From an uncultured delta proteobacterium (lineage in GTDB: Bacteria > Desulfobacterota > Binatia > UBA9968), in NCBI GenBank assembly GCA_963760795.1, contig CAVXEP010000032.1, positions 160,001 to 224,000 of the forward strand: a stretch of DNA of 64,000 bases. Reading direction: 5' to 3'. This document shows positions 1-10,272 of the stretch, piece by piece. Position 1 is the first letter of the stretch. Every line of letters begins with the position of its first letter. The translations under genes were made by a program, and so were the position numbers. The notes beneath the pieces were generated by a model. The model did no database searches. It had not been told where the DNA came from and saw only the letters and a list, made by a program, of their open reading frames with translations.

Positions 1-122
1 GCGATTCATGAGGTGCGCGAAGGACGAGATCCCAAAGGCATTTTCCGTGATGCTGCGCTTGCCGGACATGTTCGCACCAGTGCCGGTAGCGTCGTGCGGG
101 ATTGAAAGATGGAGAGGAAGCT

Positions 123-1136
123 ATGCTGTGCAAGCTTGCGCTACTGACGGTTCTGCTGGGTTACGGTTCGGCTCACGGCGCCGAGATCATCAGCAATGAT
201 TTGGTCGAAAAGGCCAAAGCCGAAGGCGAAGTGGTTTGGTATTCGACCTTGCCGCTGCCGGAAACTCAGGCCTGGGCGGCGCTCTTCACAAAAAAATACG
301 GCATCAAGGTCAGCCTGTTTCGCGCCGGCGCCACGGCGATGACCCAGAAGCTGCAAACCGAAATTCCCGCCGGCCGCTGGGGTTTCGATGTGGTCATGAA
401 TCGCGCCAGCAATCTCGAACTATACCGGCGCAAGAACTGGCTGCAAAAGATGAACTACCCAGAGCGCAATCGCTTTCTCGACGGCTTCATGGACCCGGAC
501 GATTATTGGGCGGCGTACTACATTCAATTCTGGTCGGTGGCCTACAACACCAACATGGTGAAGCCCAACGATTTGCCCAAGAGTTATGAGGAACTGGCTC
601 ATCCCAAATGGAAAGACAAACTGACCATGGACGAACAGGATGTCGATCTCTACGCCACTTGGCTCAAACTCATGGGCCGCGACAAGGGGCGCGAATGGTT
701 TAAAAAATTGGTCGCCAACGGCCTGCGGCCGCGGCGCGGGCATACCATGGAAGCGCAGCTGGTCAGCGCCGGCGAGTTTGCCCTGGGCATCAGCGCCTAC
801 GCCTCGGTGATCGAAAACATCCGCGCCAAGGGCGCGCCCATCGATTGGGTCGCCTTCGAGCCGGTGCCGGTGAACGTCCTGGCATGGGGCATCGGCGCCA
901 AGCCGCCTCATGCCAACGCGGCGCGTCTGTTTCTCTATTGGGGATTATCCGTCGAGGGATTGAAGGCGATGAATGAAATTTCCGACCGGGTGCCGGCGCG
1001 CAAGGATGTGCCGATCAAAAACAAGCGGCTCGAACGCATGATGCAATCGAAGCTCGCGCCGGTGGACATGTCGATCGCCGACCGTTACGCCGAGTACAAT
1101 CAGGAATTTCTTTCGCTGCTGGGCTTGAAGCATTGA
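123..1136 (+). CDS. ABC transporter extracellular solute-binding protein (Fe3+/thiamine-like family)
   Basis: ATG at 123 after GAGAGGAAG; signal peptide, then AKAEGEVVWYST, YNTNMVK..PKSYEEL..PKWK and PHANAARLF motifs. Confidence 0.85.
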   Translation: MLCKLALLTVLLGYGSAHGAEIISNDLVEKAKAEGEVVWYSTLPLPETQAWAALFTKKYGIKVSLFRAGATAMTQKLQTEIPAGRWGFDVVMNRASNLELYRRKNWLQKMNYPERNRFLDGFMDPDDYWAAYYIQFWSVAYNTNMVKPNDLPKSYEELAHPKWKDKLTMDEQDVDLYATWLKLMGRDKGREWFKKLVANGLRPRRGHTMEAQLVSAGEFALGISAYASVIENIRAKGAPIDWVAFEPVPVNVLAWGIGAKPPHANAARLFLYWGLSVEGLKAMNEISDRVPARKDVPIKNKRLERMMQSKLAPVDMSIADRYAEYNQEFLSLLGLKH

Positions 1137-1158
1137 TGGAGGTCGATGGCTTTTTTTC

Positions 1159-1288
1159 CGTCATTCCGGTCATAGCCCCGGCCTTGATCCGGCGGCGGCA
1201 TCCAGGTGTGATTACGTGGTGTGTCAAAGACGAAGATGGATGCCGGTTGGAATTTATCCTGAGCCGCGTCGAAGGGCCGGCATGACGG
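1159..1288. repeat. REP-like palindromic element, family D (CGTCAT.CCGG...GGCATCCAG...TGGATGCCGG...CCGGCATGACG)
   Basis: Imperfect inverted repeat between convergent genes; related copy at 26861-26930. Confidence 0.7.
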
Positions 1289-1324
1289 AAGGTCAATCAG
1301 CGCCGCAAGAGGCATGCAAAGAAC

Positions 1325-2914
1325 TTAGCGCCGGCTGCGCGCTTTGGGTTTATCGATGGCCTCACCCCATCGTGAAAGAAACGCACTGACAAATCCATGC
1401 TGGCGTGGCGCCTCGACGGCAAGCGGCGCCAGCGCCATCGCGACAGCTAAAGCGATGTGGTAGCCGACCGAGTGTGATGCTTGGGCGCGCCGGTAGGCAG
1501 GATGCGCGCGGTTGACCCACACGGTCGATTCGGTCAAGCGGCCCAGTTCGATGTCGTCGGGACGGTCCGCGAATTGAATGTCCAAGCCGTAATGCGCTGA
1601 ACGGCGGACGATGGACTTACTCGGCAATTGAATTGAGCTGCCGTCGGCGCCGTAAGCATCGTTAGCTTCATGCACCACTGCTGACGCGGTGGCCGGGCTT
1701 GAATCTGTTGAAGCCGCTGCGGCGGATGGCGGGTTCTCGGTTGGTTCGCTCTCCGCCGCCGCGGTGAGCGATGCCGCGATGAAACCATGGCCATCGCCGC
1801 CGGCGCCGCGCACGCCCAGCGGCAAACGTTTTTGTCCGCCGGCTCTTTGCTCGACCAGAGAACCGAGCAAGGGAAAGTCCAGCGCCAGGTCTTCCAATAC
1901 TTGCACGAGGTCGCGCTGTAACGGCCGCACTTCCCGTGGTGGTGCTTGTTCGGTGCCGCTACCGCCATCACCCCAGAGTGCGAGCTGCCTGCCGACCGCT
2001 TCTTGGATCGCTTTGCGAAATCCTAAATAGGTCGCGCCGCGGGCGCCGGCGCGGATGAAGTCGCCCTTGTTGAGGGTCAGGCAGGCGGCGAGCTCCGGCA
2101 CTTCGATGATGCCGCCGACGCAATCGGCCGCTGCCGGTGTCAGACCCAGCCAGTCCCAGCCGCGCCGGATGACTTTCCCATAGGTGCTGATCGACAAACC
2201 CTGGCGCTCCTCGGCTAACGGGTGATCGGCGCGAATCAGGTAACCCGAAGCGGCGGCTTTGCGTTTGCGCATGAGGCGAATTGCCAAAGGCGCGGCGCGC
2301 GGCGCGCTCCAGTGCTGTTTCTCCAGCCGGCTGCCGTCGACCTCGATGGCGACGCCGCTGGGATAATGGCCGCGCAAAAACTCGTCGAAGCTGGGGTCCA
2401 GCAGGGGTTGAAAATGGCGCCGCAAGGTCATTGCTAAAAAGCCCGGATCGAGCAGCGGCGATAACGGATTTTCGACTTGCAGGCGCACCGCCGTGCCGCG
2501 TTCGGCGATCAGCTTCAGGGGTGCCACCCATTTCCACGGCGCGCGATTGCGCGCCGCCAGATGCCAGGAGCTGGCAATTTGAGTTTTGCCTCGGCGGGTT
2601 TCGGTGAACACTTCCTCACAGACCAAAAGCCCCAACTTGATGCCGACGCCCGCAAAGCCGATGCCTTCGCCGCGGCTCTTGGTGCTCGACGCGATGTTGT
2701 GAAAACGCGCCAATTCGCGGCGCTGCATGCCGCTACCGTTGTCGGTGACGGTCAAAGTGCGTGCGGCAAGATCGGTGAATAATTGGATCGTGGTCGCGCC
2801 GGAGTCGAGGGAGTTGGCCATGATTTCGGTGAGAATGGTTTCCTCGATGGAGCCAGGGTAGGCGTCCCGCAAGTCTTCGAGTAAATGTTGCAGATCAACG
2901 CGTGTCTCACCCAT
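1325..2914 (-). CDS. GHKL (HATPase_c) ATP-binding protein, MutL/MORC-like N-terminus
   Basis: EIMANSLDSGA (N box), DNGSGM (G1), GIGFAGVGIK (G2), RGTAV; low-complexity linker and C-terminal WVNRAHPAY domain. Confidence 0.75.
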   Translation of the reverse strand: MGETRVDLQHLLEDLRDAYPGSIEETILTEIMANSLDSGATTIQLFTDLAARTLTVTDNGSGMQRRELARFHNIASSTKSRGEGIGFAGVGIKLGLLVCEEVFTETRRGKTQIASSWHLAARNRAPWKWVAPLKLIAERGTAVRLQVENPLSPLLDPGFLAMTLRRHFQPLLDPSFDEFLRGHYPSGVAIEVDGSRLEKQHWSAPRAAPLAIRLMRKRKAAASGYLIRADHPLAEERQGLSISTYGKVIRRGWDWLGLTPAAADCVGGIIEVPELAACLTLNKGDFIRAGARGATYLGFRKAIQEAVGRQLALWGDGGSGTEQAPPREVRPLQRDLVQVLEDLALDFPLLGSLVEQRAGGQKRLPLGVRGAGGDGHGFIAASLTAAAESEPTENPPSAAAASTDSSPATASAVVHEANDAYGADGSSIQLPSKSIVRRSAHYGLDIQFADRPDDIELGRLTESTVWVNRAHPAYRRAQASHSVGYHIALAVAMALAPLAVEAPRQHGFVSAFLSRWGEAIDKPKARSRR

Positions 2915-3029
2915 TGAAAAAGTCCTAATAGTCGAAAGTTATTCAGCGCCTTGGAGATCAATTGCCAAGCGATGCTGCAAAACCTAGCTAGCGATATCGG
3001 CCTGCCGGAGTCAAGCCGTTCGCTGATGG

Positions 3030-3163
3030 GGTTAGCATCGATGAGGCCGCCGAGGATGCCCGAGACGACCGGCGATGCGGCCGTTAACGAGCAAGAGCAG
3101 GGCAGCGGCGAGACCGATCAGCAGGCCGCCGGTCAAACCGCCGACGAGATTGCTTTCCGCCAT
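3030..3163 (-). pseudogene. YeeE/YedE (thiosulfate/sulfur transporter) N-terminal remnant
   Basis: Hand translation from ATG 3163: MAESNLVGGLTGGLLIGLAAALLLLVNGRIAG, then +1 shift to VSGILGGL; family similarity ends there. Confidence 0.65.
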
Positions 3164-3178
3164 GAGAGTTTGCTTGGT

Positions 3179-4396
3179 TTACTTGGCGGTTTTCTTCGCC
3201 TTGGCTTTGGCCTCGGCGATCACCGGTTCCAATTTTTTCTTGAGCGCCGGATTCAACCGATAGGCTTTTTGGAAGTCGGCGTCGGCGTCTTTCTCGCGAT
3301 CCTGATAGATGCGGATGAGGCCGCGATAGACGTAAGCGTCGGTATGTTTCGGTTGCAGGCCGATCACTTCGGTGAAGTCCCGCGCCGCGAAATCGTTCTT
3401 ATCGACGCGCATGTAGGCCAGGCCGCGATTGAACGGCGCCTCGGCGTCTTTGGGATTGAGCCTGATCGCTTCGCCGTAATCGTCGATGGCCGCTTCGTGT
3501 TTGGCGAGTTTCCCCTTGGCTAGGCCGCGATTGTAGAACGCCTCGGCATTTTTGGAATTTAGCTTGATCGCTTCGTCGAAGTCGCGAATCGCTTCGTCGT
3601 ACTTGGCCCCGTCGGCATAGGCGATGCCGCGATTGTAATAGGCATCGGCGAGCTTGGGGTCGCGGGAGAGCGCCGCGTCATAGTCTTTGATCGCATCGTC
3701 TTTTTTATCGAGAGCGAGATAACTGTTGGCCCGGTTGAAATAGTTCTGCGCGTCTTTCGGGTCGATGCGCAGCGCAGCGTTTTGGTCCGCCAGGGCGGCT
3801 TCGTAGCGGCGCGCGTCGAAGTAAATACTGGCGCGATTGGTGTAACTCTTAGCGTCGTCGGGGTTGAGTTTGATGGCGCTGGTGTAATCGTTGAGCGCCG
3901 CCGGTTCCTGCTTCAAGCGCCGATAGGTATTGCCGCGATTGAAATAAGCTTCGGCGTCTTTCGGATTGAGCCGGATCGCTTCGCTGTAGTCTCTGACCGC
4001 CTGTTGGTTCTGGCCCAGATCGAAGTGGGCGTTGCCGCGGTTGAAGTAGGCTTCGGCCAGTTTGGGATTGGCCTTGATGACCTTGTCGTATTCGGCGACG
4101 GCCTCTTTGACTTTGCCGCTGTCGTGCAGTTCGAGAGCGGTCTTGAGCGGATCTTCAGTCTGGCCCGCCCATGCCGGAATCGTGCCGCTGAGCGCCCCGA
4201 TCAGTAATCCAACAATGACTGACTCTTGCCGGTTTGGCGTGAACAAAACTTTCACCACGAAGGACACGAAGAGCACGAAGTTCGGAGATGTGTTTTTCCT
4301 ATCCCTTCGTGTCCTTGGTGATGAGAAAAACCAACACAACGGTGCACAGGATCTCCACCGAAGCGTCAACAGCATAAGAGCCAGCGCGCGCGCCAT
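3179..4396 (-). CDS. Exported tetratricopeptide repeat protein
   Basis: About 9 regular 34-aa TPRs (AEAYFNRG..Y..AI.LNP); ATG directly after the upstream stop; N-terminus includes a translated palindromic repeat. Confidence 0.85.
   Translation of the reverse strand: MARALALMLLTLRWRSCAPLCWFFSSPRTRRDRKNTSPNFVLFVSFVVKVLFTPNRQESVIVGLLIGALSGTIPAWAGQTEDPLKTALELHDSGKVKEAVAEYDKVIKANPKLAEAYFNRGNAHFDLGQNQQAVRDYSEAIRLNPKDAEAYFNRGNTYRRLKQEPAALNDYTSAIKLNPDDAKSYTNRASIYFDARRYEAALADQNAALRIDPKDAQNYFNRANSYLALDKKDDAIKDYDAALSRDPKLADAYYNRGIAYADGAKYDEAIRDFDEAIKLNSKNAEAFYNRGLAKGKLAKHEAAIDDYGEAIRLNPKDAEAPFNRGLAYMRVDKNDFAARDFTEVIGLQPKHTDAYVYRGLIRIYQDREKDADADFQKAYRLNPALKKKLEPVIAEAKAKAKKTAK
4251..4324. repeat. Palindromic element family A (TTCACCACGAAG-[CACGAAGnn]n...CTTCGTG), inside the TPR ORF
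   Basis: Same element at 17959-18041, 26989-27058, 39205-39276. Confidence 0.85.
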
Positions 4397-4399
4397 GAT

Positions 4400-5242
4400 T
4401 TACTTACCTTTTGTCGCAGCGATGAAGGAGGCGAGTTTGTCTTTCATGCTGGGGTCCAATTCTAGAGCTTTTTGAAAATCCTTCTGGGCTTCGTCATCCT
4501 TCTTCAGCCGCTGATTGATGACGCCGCGGTTGGCGTAGATTCTGGCATCCTTACCGTTTAACTTGATCGCCTCGTCATAGTCTTTCACCGCTTCGTCATA
4601 CTTGCCCAGCAGCGAGTAGGCGTTGGCGCGGTTGTTGTAGTTCTCGCCGTTTTTCGGGTCGAGCTTGATCGCCTCGCTGTAATCTTGCACCGCCAAATCG
4701 TTCTTGCCGATGCGCCGATGGGCCAGGCCGCGGTTGTAATAGATCTCGGCATCCTTCGGGTCGAGCTTCTGCGCCTGGTTGAAGTCCTGAACCGCTTTAT
4801 CGAACTGCTTGAGATTCAAAAACGCCAGACCGCGCTGGACGAAGACTCGCGGCGCTTTCGGGTCCTGCTTGATCACTTCGTCAAAGTCTTTTATCGCTCG
4901 ATCGTACTGCTTCTGGTTGAAAAAGACGTTGCCGCGGTTGAACTGGGCGTCGGTGAGATTGGGATTTAGCTTGAGCGCCTCATCGTAGTCTTTGAGCGCG
5001 TTGTCCTGCTGGCCCAATTTGGCGTAGGCCAGGCCGCGGTTGTTATACGCTTCGTCCGATTTGGGCGCTGCCTTGATGGCGCGGTTGAACGCAGCCACGG
5101 CTTCTTTGTACTTGGCTGCTTTGTATTGTTTCACGCCTTCGTTAAAGGCATTCTGAGCTTCGGCGCCAATCAGCACGGTGGGGATCAGAAGTAACGCCAA
5201 GCAACTCAAGAAATAACCCTTGATGGATCCCATGGTTGTCAA
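4400..5242 (-). CDS. Exported tetratricopeptide repeat protein
   Basis: Signal peptide plus about 7 TPRs; paralog of the downstream gene. Confidence 0.9.
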   Translation of the reverse strand: MTTMGSIKGYFLSCLALLLIPTVLIGAEAQNAFNEGVKQYKAAKYKEAVAAFNRAIKAAPKSDEAYNNRGLAYAKLGQQDNALKDYDEALKLNPNLTDAQFNRGNVFFNQKQYDRAIKDFDEVIKQDPKAPRVFVQRGLAFLNLKQFDKAVQDFNQAQKLDPKDAEIYYNRGLAHRRIGKNDLAVQDYSEAIKLDPKNGENYNNRANAYSLLGKYDEAVKDYDEAIKLNGKDARIYANRGVINQRLKKDDEAQKDFQKALELDPSMKDKLASFIAATKGK

Positions 5243-5364
5243 AAGCTTTAACCCATGGGTTGGCTAAAGTCCAATCTGCGGACGGCCAATTTGCCCTAGA
5301 CAAACGGCTAAAAAAGGAATAAATCAGAAGAAAGTTCCCGTTAACCTAATAGGAGGATTTACTT

Positions 5365-6427
5365 ATGACTACCGCAGCTGGAGTCAAGCTCACGGCCGAA
5401 CAGGTGCTCGGCCAAGATAAGATCGTGTCGTCGGACTCACATATCATGGAACCCGAGGATCTTTGGCTGAAGAATCTCACGCCGAGTCTCGCCGGCCAAA
5501 TTTCCGAAATTTCCGCCGCGCAATTCTCCCGGTGAGAAACCCGGCGGTTGGAATCCCAAGGCGCGCTTGGATGAAATGGCTGTTGACGGCGTCAGCGCCG
5601 AGGTGCTTTACGCCACCTACGGCTTGCGCCTTTACGCGATGGAAGACGCGCCGCTCCAAGAGGCGTGCTTCGAGATCGCCAACGATTGGATGATGGAGTA
5701 CTGCAAAGCGGCGCCAGGAAGGCTGTTCGGTATTCCGATGATCTCGATGTACAACATCCCCAACGCGATCAAAGAACTCGAGCGCTGCAAGAAGAACGGC
5801 ATGATCGGCTGCATGATCTGGCAGGTACCGCCGGACCATCTGCCGTTTACCAGCGATTACTACAATCCCTTCTGGGAAGCCGCCGGCGAACTCGATATGC
5901 CGGTTAACGTGCATATCTTGACCGGCTTCAACTATAGCCGTTTCGATCGCAAAGGTTTGGACACTTACCGCATGACGGTCAACCAGAAGCTCACCGATGC
6001 GGCGAACACTTTGTTCGACTTCGTCTTCGGCGGTCCCCTGGCGAAGTTTCCCAAGCTCAAATTGGTCTACGTCGAAAACGAAGTGGCCTGGATTCCTTTC
6101 TATTGCCACGAATGGGACAAGTACTATGTCCGCCACAGCCCGAAGGCGCCGCTGGCGTATATGAAGAAGCTGCCCGGCGAATATGTCAAAGACCAAGTGT
6201 TCGCAACCTTCTTCAGCGATCCGGCCGGCGGCCGCATGATGGATTGGTTCGGCGAAGATAATTTCATGTGGTCGAGCGACTATCCCCACGCCGCCTCCAC
6301 CTGGCCGCACTCGCGCCAAGTGATCGCCGACGAGTTGGGCCATCTGCCGAAGCAGGTCATCGACAAAGTCGTGCGCCAGAACGTCCTCGATCTGTACCAC
6401 ATCAAAGTCGACGGTATTAACAACTAG
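5365..6427 (+). CDS. Amidohydrolase family 2 protein (+1 frameshift near 5495)
   Basis: AGGAGG RBS, ATG 5365 MTTAAG..IVSSDSHIMEP; continues in the 5567-6427 frame to WSSDYPH; paralog of 20240-21382. Confidence 0.85.
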
Positions 6428-6453
6428 AACTAAACCCAGAGAAAGGAAGAACC

Positions 6454-6936
6454 ATGGAGCCAGCAAAGAAATTAGCAACGACGGAGAAACCCCGGACGCA
6501 GAAGTTTTCCCTGCGCACCCCCTACATGAAGCAGGGCCGCATCACCCAGTTGGTGGCGGAAACCGAAAACATGTGGATTCACACCAAGATCAACTACGAG
6601 GGTGGTGAGAATGAGATTCATTGTCATCTCGACGAAGATCACTCGTTCATCGTGCTTGAAGGCCAGATGAGCGTGTTCGACGAAAAAGGCGGCGAGATCA
6701 AAGTCGAAAAGCACCAGGGTGTGATGATCCCCAAGGGCGCCTATTACCGCTATCTCAACACCGGCACTGAGAATCTGGTCGTGCTGCGCGTCGGCAGCGG
6801 CATCAAGGGCAAGGCTCAGGGCGGCGAAGAGATGCGCGTGCGTCCGGACGGCAAGCCGTTAATCGCTTCCTCCGAAGAGAACAAGACCGTGCCGCCGATC
6901 GAAGATACGCGTTTCTACGCAGATTCGGCCGGATAG
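6454..6936 (+). CDS. Cupin domain protein
   Basis: HCHLDEDHSFIVLEG and GVMIPKGAYYRY cupin motifs. Confidence 0.8.
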   Translation: MEPAKKLATTEKPRTQKFSLRTPYMKQGRITQLVAETENMWIHTKINYEGGENEIHCHLDEDHSFIVLEGQMSVFDEKGGEIKVEKHQGVMIPKGAYYRYLNTGTENLVVLRVGSGIKGKAQGGEEMRVRPDGKPLIASSEENKTVPPIEDTRFYADSAG

Positions 6937-7014
6937 TTTTTCGCTTCGACCGACTTATGTCAGTAACCGCCGGCCACTGAGCAATCAGTGGCCGGCGTCG
7001 TTTTGGGAGGTTCT

Positions 7015-7581
7015 ATGACCCAGGCGATTCGACCGATGCCTGAAGAAATGCCGAGAGAACTTTGGCGCGGTTACCAGCCGGCGAACTCAATATGGCAAGG
7101 GAGTGTCAAAGAGATCTTCATCACGCCTGCTTCGGCGCAAGCGATGGTTGCCGTTTCCAGCGTGCGCGCCTTTGCCGACCGCGGACTGGAAGGCGACCGG
7201 TTCTATCGCGAATCCTGGAACGCCGTGAAGCGCTCGGACAAGGCGGTGAGCTTAATCGAGGATGAAGTCTTGGCGCTTGCCGCCAAGGAGATCGGTGTCG
7301 AGGCCATCGGTATTCTTACCCGGCGCAACATCGTCAGCCGCGGCGTGCCGCTCATCGATCTGCTCGGCCGTGAGTTCACGGTCGGCAACGTGCGCATGCG
7401 CGGCATTCGCTTGTTCGAACCTTGCGGTCATCTGGTCGCCGTGACAAAAATACCGGCGATCTTCAAAGCCCTGGAACATCGCAGCGGTCTCAAAGCCGCG
7501 GTGTTGAGCGACGGCGAGATTCAAATCGGCGACAGCATCGTGCTCGAGTCGGCCGGCGCGGCAGTCGCAGCAGTAGGCTAA
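7015..7581 (+). CDS. MOSC domain protein
   Basis: GLEGDRF, RRNIVSRG, EPCGHL, GLKAAVLSDGEIQIGD; GGGAGG RBS before ATG 7015. Confidence 0.85.
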   Translation: MTQAIRPMPEEMPRELWRGYQPANSIWQGSVKEIFITPASAQAMVAVSSVRAFADRGLEGDRFYRESWNAVKRSDKAVSLIEDEVLALAAKEIGVEAIGILTRRNIVSRGVPLIDLLGREFTVGNVRMRGIRLFEPCGHLVAVTKIPAIFKALEHRSGLKAAVLSDGEIQIGDSIVLESAGAAVAAVG

Positions 7582-7609
7582 CCACGGCGTTCAGCGCGGA
7601 ACATCGCAA

Positions 7610-7767
7610 CCGAAACTCGGAATATCTCCCGCAATGGCGCCAAGGCGCAAAGGTGACGGGCCGATGCCCGTCATCGCGAGAGAGAATGTGAGGGATCTAG
7701 GAAAGATTTCTCCCTTCGGTCGAAATGACAACCATTCGAACTTAGCGTCTTCGCGCCTTTGCGGGGA
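7610..7767. repeat. Composite repeat: outer CGCCAAGGCGCAAAG...CGCCTTTGCG palindrome with a nested family C (GTCAT..GAGGGATCT..GAAATGACA) element
   Basis: Same architecture at 13509-13666. Confidence 0.75.
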
Positions 7768-7810
7768 ACGAATTAATCTTTAGCATTGCAAAACAACGAG
7801 GGAAGATTTC

Positions 7811-8743
7811 ATGCAGTACGGCTTACACCTCCCGGCTTCGAGTGCGACGGTCAAACCTGAGGAGCTGGTGCGCTTCGCCCAGCGCGCCGAGGGGTTGGAT
7901 TTTTCATTGCTCACGGTGGCCGACCACGTGATCGTGCCGACCCATATTTCCGTGCCTTATCCCTACACCGTCGACGGCAAGTATCCCGGCACCGGCTATC
8001 ATCTCGAGACCTTGATGACCATGAGTTATCTCGCCGGCGCGACCCAGCGCATTCGCTTCGCCACCAGCGTGATGATCTTGCCCTATCGCAATCCGATCGT
8101 GACCGCCAAGATGTTGGCGAGTTTGGACGTGCTTTCCGACGGCCGGGTGATCGTTGGCGTCGGCGTCGGTTGGATGAAAGAAGAGTTCGAAAATCTGCAA
8201 ACCCCCAATTACGAAGCGCGCGGCCGGGTCACGGACGAGTACATCCGCGCCTTTCGCGAATTATGGACCAGCGACCGGCCGAGTTTCAAAGGCGAGTTCG
8301 TCAACTTCGCCGATCTGATCTTCCTGCCCAAGCCGGTGCAAAAAACCATTCCCATCTGGATCGGCGGCCATAGCAAGTCGGCGCTCAAGCGCGCCGGCCA
8401 GTTGGGCGACGGCTGGCATCCCATCGGCGGCGTGCCGACGATTCCACTCGAGCCTGATGACGTAAAAAAAGATTTGGCGACAATGTCCGAGTACGCCGTC
8501 AAAGCCGGCCGCGACCCGAAAACCATTCATGTTGCTCTCAAAGGCTCGCTCTTCGACAAAGAGAAAAAAATCGCCGACCGGCGCCGCCGCTTCATGGGTG
8601 AAGCGGAAGAGATCGCCGCGGATATTCGCGAATACGGCGCCGCCGGTGTCAACACCATGATCTTCGACGTGCGCCGGCCGAGCTCGGCGGAGACCTTGGA
8701 GCGCATGGAGTGGATGGCGAAGGATGTTTTTCCGCAGGTTTAG
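7811..8743 (+). CDS. LLM-class (F420/flavin-dependent) oxidoreductase
   Basis: VADHVIVP, LDVLSDGRVIVGVGVGWMKEEF, PKPVQ..IPIWIGGHS..ALKRA...DGW. Confidence 0.9.
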   Translation: MQYGLHLPASSATVKPEELVRFAQRAEGLDFSLLTVADHVIVPTHISVPYPYTVDGKYPGTGYHLETLMTMSYLAGATQRIRFATSVMILPYRNPIVTAKMLASLDVLSDGRVIVGVGVGWMKEEFENLQTPNYEARGRVTDEYIRAFRELWTSDRPSFKGEFVNFADLIFLPKPVQKTIPIWIGGHSKSALKRAGQLGDGWHPIGGVPTIPLEPDDVKKDLATMSEYAVKAGRDPKTIHVALKGSLFDKEKKIADRRRRFMGEAEEIAADIREYGAAGVNTMIFDVRRPSSAETLERMEWMAKDVFPQV

Positions 8744-8944
8744 GCGAGGGTCTGGATTCTATTCCCGGCGATCAATTGCTTATCGGCCTCGACTTGCTGT
8801 TTTGAGTTGTCGCCATGGAGGGAGCCCAAACTTGGGCTGATAATCTTTTGAAGCTATCGTGACGAGTACGTGCTCGCGCACAGCGAGAATTTCACCGGCG
8901 AGAAAATGACCTGCGCCAAGAAGTTGGCGCCTAGGAGAAACTTG

Positions 8945-9842
8945 ATGAATGGGATGCACTTGATGGTTGTTGGCCTCATCGCCGCGGCGCTTCTGGGTCT
9001 GGACGTGGGTGAGGGATCGTGGTTCCTCCTGATGGCCACCGCGGCCACGTCCATTCCGCCTAAGTTCGCGGGATTTGCGGATCTACCGGGTGTGCGTCTG
9101 TGGTACACCGACAGCGGCGGGAACGGCGTGCCGCTCGTGCTGCTTCACGCTAACACCGGCAACGCCGATGGTTGGCAGTACAACATTCCAGGTTTCGTCG
9201 CGGCGGGATATCGGGTCATCGCCTTCGACCGGCGCGGCTGGGGCCGCAGCACGGCGAATCCGGCCACCGGTCCGCAGCCCGGCACCATCGCTGATGATCT
9301 GCACGCTCTAGTCGAATATCTTGAAACTCGACCGCTTCCATCTCGTCAGCGTGGCGGGCGGCGGTTTCGCTGCCTATGACTATGTGCTCTGGCATCCGGA
9401 GCGGCTGCGCAGTTTGGTGGTCGCCGCCAGCGGCGGCGCCATCGTCGACGAGGAATTGAGTCAGATTCGCGAGCGGACGGCGCTGCCGAATTTTCGCAGC
9501 TGGCCGCCGGAGTTTCGCGAAGTCAGTATGGGCTACATGGCGACTAACCCCGAAGGTCTCAAGCTCTGGCTGGAGATTCACGACAATTCCAAGCAGGAGG
9601 GAGTGTCGGCCCAGCCCCAACGCACGACGATCACGTTCGCCAAGCTCGCGACGATTCGCGTCCCGACACTGCTGATGCCTGGTGATCAAGACCTGCAAGC
9701 GCCGCCCTGGGTCATGCGCCGCCAGCTTGCTGCTATCCCCGGCGCACAATTTATCGTATTGCCCGAAGCCGCGCACTCGATCAACTGGGAGCAACCCGAG
9801 GCCTTCAACCGCAACGTCCTGGAGTTCATCCGCGGCCATTAG
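8945..9842 (+). CDS. Alpha/beta fold hydrolase (+1 frameshift near 9321)
   Basis: LLHANTG, FDRRGWGRS, then second frame FHLVSVAGGG, PTLLMPGDQD, AAHSINWEQPEAFN; nucleophile elbow atypical. Confidence 0.8.
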
Positions 9843-9924
9843 CAATGGCTAAATGGGAAACGTAGATTGTTATTCTGATGAATCGGCAAGCGACGCAATT
9901 CGCAATGTCAGCTGAAGCGATTTT

Positions 9925-9945
9925 GCAATGTTTCCATGCCTGCCC
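9925..9945. repeat. 21-bp exact direct repeat GCAATGTTTCCATGCCTGCCC (copy 1; copy 2 at 11291-11311)
   Basis: Identical 21-mer in both intergenic regions flanking the 10273-11016 gene. Confidence 0.85.
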
Positions 9946-10137
9946 CCGAATCCTGATTTCTACTGCATGTACCGATAGATATAACAGCCGCATTGCCAGA
10001 TAGAACCGCAACCGTTGGATACACTAGGTATCCGAAAGTTGCGCCGATAGTTGTCCCGAGAAGCGGGGCGGAATTTCAACTCGCGATAAAAGCTTTTGCT
10101 AATCGCTACTTGGATTTTTACGATGGGTGGTCTGGCC

Positions 10138-10152
10138 AGGCACAGTCTTTGC
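10138..10152 (+). promoter_or_regulatory. Putative sigma-54 promoter (-24/-12)
   Basis: AGGCACAGTCTTTGC fits GG-N10-GC / TGGCAC-N5-TTGC about 120 nt upstream of ATG 10273. Confidence 0.5.
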
Positions 10153-10272
10153 GCTAACCAAGGAAGTATAGAGTACTTGATGGTCCTTAAAGGACTTCCG
10201 CTCATGGCTTTCGAGCCCCTTTGCCGGCGGCTGCAGGGACCGAGCTGGAACAAACGATCGGTGGAGATTTTT

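Noticed and set aside
3179-5242. Regular ~102-bp periodicity suggesting an array
   Set aside because: Explained by TPR coding repeats; no CRISPR repeat-spacer structure and no cas genes in the window
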